64,000 nucleotides of DNA, from the NCBI GenBank assembly GCA_964016885.1, contig OZ024753.1:31868001-31932000 (forward strand), written 5' to 3'. Below the pieces are notes generated by a model. That model was not told the origin of the DNA. It worked only from the letters and a program-made list of their open reading frames with translations, and ran no database searches. This DNA is from Eledone cirrhosa (lineage: Eukaryota). Shown piece after piece: positions 54,584 to 64,000 of the stretch. The position numbers were made by a program, and so were the translations under genes. Numbering within the stretch: the stretch's first letter is position 1; the number at the start of each line of letters is the position of its first letter.

Positions 54584-54727
54584 TTAGGAAGCATGTTATA
54601 GAGAAGATCTTCAGCTTTCTTCTTCTGTTCCAGGTAATCAGAAGTTCTTTCTTCTACCAAAGCTTCTAGGTTATTCGCATATTGTTCCATACGTGATAGT
54701 AAATTGTCCAGAATGTTATTTCCATCT
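54584..54727 (-). CDS. Receptor guanylyl cyclase gene B, 144-nt exon (coiled-coil signalling helix)
   Basis: cacag| and |gtaagt; (K)[47 protein letters not shown](K), closely NPR1/NPR2-like. Confidence 0.97.
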
Positions 54728-54745
54728 CTGTGAAATAAAAGGGTT

Positions 54746-54890
54746 AAAATACACACATTATTAAAGTACACACATTAAAATACACACATTATTAAAATAC
54801 ACACATTATTAAAATACACACATTATTAAAGTACACACATTATTAAAATACACACATTATTAAAGTATACACATTATTAAAATACACACC
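54746..54890. repeat. 18-bp minisatellite next to a gene B splice acceptor
   Basis: About 8 copies of aaaatacacacattatta. Confidence 0.9.
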
Positions 54891-55014
54891 TGATAAAATG
54901 ATTTATCAACCCCTTTCATCCTTACGGGGTCAATAAAATAAAGCACCACTATTGCACTTGAGTCAATTTAATCGACTTTTCCTTTCCCCAAAAATTGTTG
55001 GCGGTGGATTGGCA

Positions 55015-55207
55015 AAGGAGAGTGGTTTGGCAGTATCGGTAGAGGGCCGGATGCCATGCTTTGACATATAGAGTTACAGCCCTTTCCATTCTGAGTTCAA
55101 ATCCTGCCAAGGTTAACTTTGCCTTTCACTCTTACGGGGTCGATAAAATAAAGTACCAGTAAAGGACTGGGTAATTGCTGGCCTTGTGCCAAAAGTAGAA
55201 ACAATTA
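55015..55207 (+). mobile_element. tRNA-derived SINE, preceded by a second partial copy at ~54910-55015
   Basis: Same family as 5640-5827. Confidence 0.82.
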
Positions 55208-55706
55208 TTAAAAGTTAGTCTTTCATGAGCCTAAAGGCTTACTAGACTGGAGAGAACTCCTATTAATCAAATGCTATTGGTATACATTTCCAACTGAATT
55301 TACTGGAGCAATGGGAAATGAATTGCTTTGCTTAAGAAAGCGATGCACCACACGATTTGGGAATCGAATCCTTGATATTATGTTTGAGAGCCAGACACAC
55401 TAATCATTAACTGCATACCTTTTTGCACATATTATACGAGTAGTCCATTGTTAAAGTTTTGTGGTGTGGTGTGGTTATAATTGTTCAACAACTATACTGA
55501 TTTCTGCCCTCCCCTCACTTCATACAGCTGAAACCATTAAAATAAACCATCAGTGGGTTGGCACTGGCTAGAGGTGTCTGTTTGCCCCCCCCCCTTACAT
55601 GTCTGTGTTTATGTATTAAGACTTATCAGTTTGACAAAAGGCAATCAATAAAATAAGCAACAGGCTTAAATAAGTGCTACTGTTGATAAGATTGACAAAA
55701 TGCTTG

Positions 55707-55738
<32 letters not shown>

Positions 55739-55739
<1 letters not shown>

Positions 55740-56136
55740 CCTCTTAATTTCTTCTAGTTTAGTAGGTTTATTGGAGCCTGTAAGCTTTATGCACTTATTG
55801 AGGGATTTTTTTAAGGTGCTTCTAAGGGACCCCAAGTCTTTTAGTTTACTGTTAATGCGTAAATTATATATTATCTAATTTTTAACCTTCAATCCCTGAC
55901 CCCGATAACTAATATAAAAGAGCCCCCTTAGAATATAGACCCCAACTATACAAGCCGAGCTGCTGATCTATACCACAATTTCAAACTGCTAGCCTTGAGT
56001 GATACGTTGATGTAGATAATGATCTTACAGTCACATGTTGTATGCCTTGAAAAGTCCCACCATGTGGTCGGACGAAATGGCTGTCGGCAATAAACTTGTT
56101 ATAATGTCATAATTGTTCCTTTGTTCTTTTTCACAA
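55739..56136 (+). mobile_element. Insert between (TA)n tracts carrying a hammerhead fold (Penelope-like end)
   Basis: Bounded by TA tracts; hammerhead fold followed immediately by AATAAA. Confidence 0.6.
56044..56088 (+). ncRNA. Predicted type-I hammerhead ribozyme, U3-A8 core variant
   Basis: GCC-UUGAAAA-GUCC-caccauguggu c-GGAC-GAAA-UGGCUG-UC^GGC; stem I GCC/GGC, stem II GUCC/GGAC, GUC triplet. Confidence 0.72.
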
Positions 56137-56267
56137 ATATATATATATATATATAAATATATATATATATATGAATTGTCCTTGTGTTTATGTTTGTGTT
56201 TCTCTTATGTTTTCTAAAAAATATATATATATGATATATATATATATGATATATATATATATATACT

Positions 56268-56718
56268 ACAGTGTGCAGGAGAGAAGACTGCGTTGATATG
56301 GACATGTGATTCACATGGAGGATAACCATTGGGTAAAGAAGTGCCAAAAAATCCCAGTGGAAGGAAGACGCAGTAGAGGAAGACCACGAAAATCACAGGT
56401 GGAAGTGGTGAGAGCTGACCTTAGATTGCTGAAGCTCACAGAGGAAATGATGACGGACCGTGACAAATGGAGAGATGCTGTGCTGAAAAGGACCCGTCCC
56501 ACCCTTGCAAGCAAGGATAAGTGAGCGTAAAATTATGATGATGATGATGATATGTATATTCATCATCAACATCATCATTTTACGTCCGCTTTTCCCTGCT
56601 TGCAAGGGTGGGACGGGTCCTATTCAGCACAGCATCTCTCCACTTGTCATGGTCCTTCGTCATCTCCTCCGTGAGCTTCAGCAATCTGGGGTCTGCTCTC
56701 ACCACTTCCACCCATAAC
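56268..56718. mobile_element. Two RTE 3' ends tail-to-tail (+ 56268-56550; - 56562-56718)
   Basis: Both match 44730-45016 ([33 protein letters not shown]). Confidence 0.88.
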
Positions 56719-56804
56719 TGGCCTTTCATATATACATATATCTGTGTGTATGTATATACGCACATATATATATAATATATATATATACATACATACACAC
56801 ACAC

Positions 56805-56852
<48 letters not shown>

Positions 56853-57000
56853 ATGCTTTGGGAGGGTCATGTTGCCAATAAGAAACAAACGCACCAGTTG
56901 CTTTCACTTCAATTTATTATAAATTAAATTTATAAATTTAAGAATTTATAAATTTCCGGTTGGTTGGTTGGTTCCACAACCAGACAATTGTTCATATATT

Positions 57001-57043
57001 GTCAAAGTTCTTTCGTCACACATTCTGTGACCTCTTCAGTGAC
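57001..57043 (-). ncRNA. Predicted minimal type-I hammerhead ribozyme
   Basis: GUCA-CUGAAGA-g-GUCACA-gaaug-UGUGAC-GAAA-GAAC-UU^UGAC. Confidence 0.7.
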
Positions 57044-57112
57044 TGGGGATTCTTTTCAAGATGGCGTAGACAGAACAAAGGAGAGGCACAAAAACAAAGA
57101 AAAGAATCCCCA

Positions 57113-57155
57113 GTCATTGAAGAGGTCACAGAATGTGTGACGAAAGAACTTTGAC
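57113..57155 (+). ncRNA. Mirror hammerhead fold with an uncompensated C3U change
   Basis: GUCA-UUGAAGA-g-GUCACA-gaaug-UGUGAC-GAAA-GAAC-UU^UGAC. Confidence 0.55.
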
Positions 57156-57369
57156 AATATATGAACACACAATCGTCTGGTTGTGGAACCAACCAACCAA
57201 CCGGAAATTTATACTTTCTTAAATTTATAAATTTAATTTATAATAAATTGAAGTGAAAGCAACTGGTGCGTGTGTTTCTTATTGGCAACATGACCCTCCC
57301 AAAGCATAACAATATCGGTTTCAACACACGTTTTCAGATAAAGAATCTTGCTAAACAAATTCAGAAACG

Positions 57370-57413
<44 letters not shown>

Positions 57414-57552
57414 GTTTGTGTGTATGTATGCATATATATATATTGTTTTTTGAAATATCCAGTTTACAGATTGACTTTGTTAGTTTCAGAAGATCTCGTT
57501 AAGGGTGAAAGCAGCGATTCTTTGCTTAAACTTTAATCTGTTATTTTAATAA

Positions 57553-57629
<77 letters not shown>

Positions 57630-58276
57630 GTTAAAATGAAATATAAAAAAAAATGACAATATGATTTGAGAAGAAAGCGATGACTTAGAAAAATAGTTTT
57701 CATTGTGATTTATTGTTGTAAAATCACTTCACTGATTTTGATTTTGTCCAAAGACTGACAGCAATTTAGATTACTCCTACTACTAATAATAACAACAACA
57801 GTATTTAAGGCTTGCAATAAAGGAAATGGTGTCTTCAGAAATTCTCATCATTCTCTCTTAAACAATTGCAATGGAGGAGATGACAAACTGCCTCTCTTGT
57901 TATGGTAAATTATCTGAGAGGAAGACGGAAAAATTGGCATAAAAAATACAAATACTGGACAAAAAAATAAAAATCTAGAAGTCATTTTTTAAACTTTGTT
58001 TTAGCTATTTTGTTATTTTATTTTATATTTGAGAAAATATTTTGTTTCAAGCTAAAACTATTCTAAATAACATTGTGAAGACAGTTTAATTTCCTGTAAA
58101 GTTATTATCTTTAGTTGTTTTTCAGAGAATTCTCCCAGTCTAATCTTATATATACATATATATATATATAGAAAGGATGAATATAAAATGAAAGTGCTTT
58201 TGTTAAAAAAGGAATTTATTAGGTATTGACATATGTTTCTGTAACAGATATATATATATGTATGTATATAAATGTA

Positions 58277-58326
<50 letters not shown>

Positions 58327-58547
58327 CATATATATAAATATGTATGTATATATATATATATAAAAATATATATATATATGTATGTATGTATATATATTTC
58401 AGTCCACTGTCTGTGACAACAAAAAGCACCCAGTCCACACTGTAAATGTGATTGGGGCTGATCCTTGGGTACCTTTAGCAGATTCCACTAAGATGCTAAA
58501 CCTAATCCAATATCTGGATTAATAGCTCCTCTAGGTCCTTGGGTACC

Positions 58548-58765
58548 ACTATGTTGGTAGACTTAATTCATTGCCTAGTTTAACAACCAATTGGTCCTTG
58601 AAGGTCTTTAGTGGAGCCTACTATGTTGGTAGACTTAATTCATTGCCTAGTTTAACAACCAATTGGTCCTTGAAGGTCTTTAGTGGAGTCTACTATGCTG
58701 GTAGACTTAATTCATTGCCTAGTTTAATACAATCAATTGGTCCTTGAAGGTCTTTAGTGGAGTCT
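58548..58765. repeat. ~71-bp tandem triplication
   Basis: actatgttggtagacttaattcattgcctagtttaacaaccaattggtccttgaaggtctttagtggag x3. Confidence 0.9.
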
Positions 58766-58887
58766 TAGTGGGAACTTTAGTGGGAACTTAAAGGATGAAA
58801 GGCAAAGTTGAATTCAAAGAGCAAAGCATTTTGTCCTATGCTCAGCAGAATTTGAACTGAGAATGTTGATTTGGAATAATACCTTAA

Positions 58888-59112
58888 CCCTTTAGCATTT
58901 ACATTACTCTATATTTACTATTATAATTTCATGGTAAAGGTTTTAACTCGCATAATTATCTCACATAATATCGAATCTATGAGATTTTGATATCATTTAT
59001 TTTGAGAACAATGCCTGCCTTAACATCAGTATAAGTGGCCAGTTACAGCCAGTTTGAACAGAAAGAGGTTAGAGAATTCTGGCTGAATATGGCCTGTTTA
59101 AATGCTAAAGTG
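58888..59112 (-). mobile_element. piggyBac-type MITE (same family as 30674-30894)
   Basis: TTAA|ccctttagcattta...taaatgctaaagtg|TTAA; interior is the reverse complement of 34194-34400. Confidence 0.72.
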
Positions 59113-59762
59113 TTAAGGGATTTTATCTATGCTCAAACATTTCTGCTGATCCACTGTGCTAATAATACTTAATAATAGTGTTAATAATAGTAATGACAAT
59201 AATAATGCTTTCTTTCTTTATTAACCACAAGGGTTTACACAAAGTAAGACATTAAGGACAGTACAGGACAATACAGGACGGTACAAATGGGCATTTCTGT
59301 GTGTAAAAAAAACAAAAACAGAGGATGTAACAAAAAAAAGGAACAATGAAAAATTCCCCAATAGGAGGGAGACTTCCGAGGGTCATCGTGGAGAAAGAAC
59401 ATTAAAAAAAGCCACAGTGACCCTGATCACCAGGGCAAGTGCCCTCTCCCAGTTTTCCACCTTCAATTTACAGGCACATACTCAGAGTAGGCCCATTCAC
59501 TCGGGCCATTCTTGCCTCTCTCACCCATCTTTCAACAAAATTATGGGAAGAGAGCACTTCCCTCTCTACTCTGATTTTCCTTTTCAAATAAAATTTGAAA
59601 AAGTTAATCAGGGCATCACCGAAGAGGTAAGTGCTCGTCTTCAGCCCTTTCAGATGCGTCCACCATACTATCTCTTTCGCCATGGCCACCAGACAGATAA
59701 AAACTGCCTGCCATTCCCGGCTAAAGGAAGAGTAATGAAAATAATAATAAAAGTAGTCTTAC

Positions 59763-59934
59763 TTGTTCAATTTTCTGAGTATCCCTTTTAATGCCTGAAA
59801 ATCTGGTCGTTCAGCTGGATCTTCAGACCAACCTTTGTGAATAATATTTGCCAGTTCATCAGATGGACAGTCGGAGTTCTCAAGGGCTGGTCGAAAATGG
59901 GGTATCACCCCATTTACCACCTTTTGGTAGATCG
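59763..59934 (-). CDS. Receptor guanylyl cyclase gene B, 172-nt exon (end of kinase-homology domain); gene presumably continues beyond the window
   Basis: tgcag| and |gtaag; IYQKVVNGVIPHFRPALENSDCPSDELANIIHKGWSEDPAERPDFQALKGILRKLN(K); phase-2 end matches the next exon. Confidence 0.93.
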
Positions 59935-60328
59935 CTGCAAGATGGTAATAAAGTAGACATACAGTAATCATGATTGCAAGTCACTGCTACAAGTGCAATA
60001 ACAACATTGCACTGCTCTCTGAACAAATGTCCCTTCGATGGAAGAAGTTGAGCACGGATTCTTTGGGAAGGAATTCTTTTTCCTTCTGTGTTCACATATT
60101 TCATATATAGTATGTATATATATATAATTTATATATATATATATATATATAAATTTATTTATATATATATATATAAATTTATTTATATATATATATATAT
60201 ATAAATTTATTTATATATATATATATATAATTTATTTATATATATATATATATAATTTATTTATCTCTATATATATAGTATGTGTATATATATATTTATA
60301 TACACACTTGCTGTACACTTGAAGTCGG

Positions 60329-60366
<38 letters not shown>

Positions 60367-60662
60367 AATATAAAGTAGGGCTCAGAGTGTCAACAAGCCT
60401 GATCAACGATCTTCAGATAACACTGGATGAAATGAAGAAATGTGAGACATCTACAGTAAGATAATATAACATGCACCTAATGCTACATTGCTTCACCATT
60501 ATAGTCAACATTATTTATAATATACCCCCCACTTTTTCTCTCAGAATTTCATTTGGAGAGTAAATTCAAATAGTAACTTTTGCGGCTTCCCATAGCTTGA
60601 GCTTGCTTCCTTCATTATTCTCCTCTTCCCTTCTCTCACTTTCTATCTCTTTCCCTCTCTCT

Positions 60663-60707
<45 letters not shown>

Positions 60708-60870
60708 CCTGTGTGTTTGTCTGCAAAGGTTCTTGAAATGTAATGTGATAGTCAATAGTTTTATCACGTTGGAACAAAAACAGAAGACATATATGAATAA
60801 AATAAATTAATTAGGCAAGTCTTGGGAATTCTTTTACTTCTATAATGATAATAATAATAATAATTAGTAT

Positions 60871-60901
<31 letters not shown>

Positions 60902-61444
60902 ATATAATATATATATGTATAAATAATACGTTTATGTAATTTTTTTAAGAAGTCGTTTTTCACAGCAATGTTACTCTGTGTGAAAATTTCAATTTTTTTT
61001 TTTAAATTGTGACAAATTCTTCAGATAGTTGATAGCATTCTCAAAGATAAATCCACGTCATGTTTGTTAGTGTGTTCTTTTTTTTTGTTTTGTCGTTCTT
61101 GTTGTTTCAGAATGTTTCTTTTTAAATATTTGTTTTATTAATAAGCAATCTCTAAGTAAGAATCCAAATTTTATTCGTTAAGGATCTTAGCAAATAAAAC
61201 CATTTAGAAATGTCAAAGCTGTAACAGAGAAAAAACAAAACAAAACATTTTTATCATGTATATATTACAAAAAAATATTATAATAAAAAAAATAGTAATA
61301 ACGATACAGAGTTGTGAAGAATATGATTATATCACCATTGGAAAATTGCTTAAGTTTCTACTTCAAACAACTAATATGAGAAATTCTTAATTAATTCAAC
61401 GCTATAATTGTAATCATAGAGAGAGAGACAAAATGTAAGCCAAG

Positions 61445-61795
61445 AGACGGTTCTTATATGATGGACATGTGGCTAGAATGTCTTAGGAAAGAATCACTGG
61501 ATAGATGTTACAGGCATAACCAGCTGGCAAGAAACCCAGGCGTAGACCTTGAGAAAGATGGCTGGATAACATCCATGAGCTTGGTTGGTCACACTTGAGG
61601 ATCCAGCCATATCAGGTGGAGACTATTTCTTCTGACAGGACCCGCTGGAGGGAGTGTTTGAAGACTCGGCCCCCACAACCCTCTCAGGAATGAGTGGAAG
61701 AAGAAGAAGAAGAAGAAGAAGAAGAAGAAGAAGAAGAAGAAGAAGAAGAAGAAGAAGAAGAAGAAGAAGAAGAAGAAGAAGAAGAAGAAGAAGAC
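61445..61795 (+). mobile_element. LINE 3' end with a (GAA)n tail of about 32 repeats
   Basis: Decayed GHVARM..GRP..RWLDNI-like coding followed by (gaa)n at 61697-61793. Confidence 0.65.
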
Positions 61796-61875
61796 ACGGT
61801 TGTAATAATGTCTTTAGAATATCTCATAACATGGTGCTGATAAAAGCTATACGATACATCTCAACATGGTATTGC

Positions 61876-64000
61876 TAATGTCTATAGGCTCCCAACGTAC
61901 TACAGATAATGTCTATAGGCTCCCAACGTACTACAGATAATGTCTATAGGCTCCCAACGTACTACAGATAATGTCTATAGGCTCACAATGTACTACAGAT
62001 AATGTCTATAGGCTCCCAACGTACTACAGATAATGTCTATAGGCTCCCAACGTACTACAGATAATGTCTATAGGCTCCCAACGTACTACAGATAATGACT
62101 ATAGGCTCCCAACGTACTACAGATAATTTCTATAGGATCCCAACGTACTACAGATAATGTCTATAGGATCCCTACGTACTACAGATAATGTCTATAGGAT
62201 CCCAACGTACTACAGATAATTTCTATAGGATCCCAACGTACTACAGATAATGTCTATAGGATCCCTACGTACTACAGATAATTTCTATAGGATCCCAACG
62301 TACTACAGATAATTTCTATAGGATCCCAACGTACTACAGATAATGTCTATAGGATCCCAACGTACTACAGATAATTTCTATAGGATCCCTACGTACTACA
62401 GATAATGTCTATAGGATCCCAACGTACTACAGATAATGTCTATAGGATCCCTACGTACTACAGATCATTTCTATAGGATCCCAACGTACTACAGATAATG
62501 TCTATAGGATCCCTACGTACTACAGATAATTTCTATAGGATCCCTACGTACTACAGATCATTTCTATAGGATCCCAACGTACTACAGATAATGTCTATAG
62601 GATCCCTACGTACTACAGATAATTTCTATAGGATCCCAACGTACTACAGATAATGTCTATAGGATCCCAACGTACTACAGATAATGTCTATAGGATCCCT
62701 ACGTACTACAGATCATTTCTATAGGATCCCAACGTACTACAGATAATGTCTATAGGATCCCTACGTACTACAGATAATTTCTATAGGATCCCAACGTACT
62801 ACAGATAATGTCTATAGGATCCCTACGTACTACAGATCATTTCTATAGGATCCCAACGTACTACAGATAATGTCTATAGGATCCCTACGTACTACAGATA
62901 ATTTCTATAGGATCCCTACGTACTACAGATAATGTTTATAGGATCCCAACGTACTACAGATAATGTCTATAGGATCCCAACGTACTACAGATAATTTCTA
63001 TAGGATCCCAACGTACTACAGATAATGTCTATAGGATCCCTACGTACTACAGATCATTTCTATAGGATCCCAACGTACTACAGATAATGTCTATAGGATC
63101 CCTACATACTACAGATAATTTCTATAGGATCCCAACGTACTACAGATAATGTCTATAGGATCCCTACGTACTACAGATAATTTCTATAGGATCCCAACGT
63201 ACTACAGATAATGTCTATAGGATCCCAACGTACTACAGATAATGTCTATAGGATCCCTACGTACTACAGATCATTTCTATAGGATCCCAACGTACTGCAG
63301 ATAATGTCTATAGGATCCCTACGTACTACAGATAATTTCTATAGGATCCCAACGTACTACAGATAATGTCTATAGGATCCCTACGTACTACAGATCATTT
63401 CTATAGGATCCCAACGTACTACAGATAATGTCTATAGGATCCCTACGTACTACAGATAATTTCTATAGGATCCCTACGTACTACAGATAATGTTTATAGG
63501 GTCCCAACGTACTACAGATAATGTCTATAGGATCCCAACGTACTACAGATAATATCTATAGGATCCCAACGTACTACAGATAATGTCTATAGGATCCCTA
63601 CGTACTACAGATCATTTCTATAGGATCCCAACGTACTACAGATAATGTCTATAGGATCCCTACGTACTACAGATAATTTCTATAGGATCCCAACGTACTA
63701 CAGATAATGTCTATAGGATCCCTACGTACTACAGATCATTTCTATAGGATCCCAACGTACTACAGATAATGTCTATAGGATCCCTACGTACTACAGATAA
63801 TTTCTATAGGATCCCTACGTACTACAGATAATGTTTATAGGATCCCAACGTACTACAGATAATGTCTATAGGATCCCAACGTACTACAGATAATTTCTAT
63901 AGGATCCCAACGTACTACAGATAATGTCTATAGGATCCCAACGTACTACAGATAATTTCTATAGGATCCCAACGTACTACAGATAATTTCTATAGGATCC
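61876..64000. repeat. 31-bp satellite (over 2.1 kb, about 68 units, runs off the window); first units are 30 bp
   Basis: Unit aatgtctataggatcccaacgtactacagat with diagnostic variants; GGATCC in nearly every 31-bp unit. Confidence 0.98.

Larger units (their letters stand above)
56845..57372 (+). mobile_element. Fold-back element in (TA)n, ~210-bp arms, hammerhead in each arm, tail with a putative ORF start
   Basis: Arms 56845-57057 / 57099-57315; ATG at 57290 reads [23 protein letters not shown]. Confidence 0.78.

Noticed and set aside
60015-60055. Hammerhead-like gctctctgaacaa...gaagaagttgagc
   Set aside because: Several core mismatches and no clear stem II; too degenerate to call.
59935-61875. 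Further upstream kinase-domain exon of gene B
   Set aside because: I found no DVYSF-type or other kinase-like peptide with splice sites by eye; it is presumably beyond the window.
61654-61878. Poly-arginine, protamine-like ORF
   Set aside because: It is a (GAA)n tract at a LINE tail.
61876-64000. CRISPR-like array (31-bp repeats)
   Set aside because: Units are head-to-tail with no unique spacers, there are no cas genes, and the context is eukaryotic.

Overview
This is AT-rich, repeat-dense animal genomic DNA. The repeat landscape looks molluscan, most like Octopus (an inference from repeat types, not a database result). It holds the 3' parts of two paralogous membrane (receptor) guanylyl cyclase genes of the NPR/ANP-receptor type, arranged tail-to-tail about 25.7 kb apart with identical intron positions. 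Gene A (+) has exons <1-66, 1578-1676, 2209-2300 and 6056-6157. Gene B (-) has exons 59934-59763, 54727-54584, 51445-51322, 46190-46122, 45257-45083, 37930-37832, 35410-35319 and 31914-31825. The rest is decayed RTE-clade LINEs, tRNA-derived SINEs, piggyBac-type MITEs, satellites and very long (TA/CA)n tracts; nearly all long ORFs in the supplied track are microsatellite artefacts. The strongest signal is a set of short fold-back elements inserted in (TA)n tracts that carry minimal type-I hammerhead ribozyme folds and resemble Penelope-like element ends. Two unrelated families use the compensatory U3-A8 core (UUGAAAA) instead of C3-G8. Also notable are a tandem array of duplicated splice donors behind a cyclase exon, a twin-priming-type inverted RTE, and a ~7 kb composite element with internal satellites, hairpins and CpG-rich segments between the two genes. 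Everything was read by eye, so repeat boundaries are approximate.
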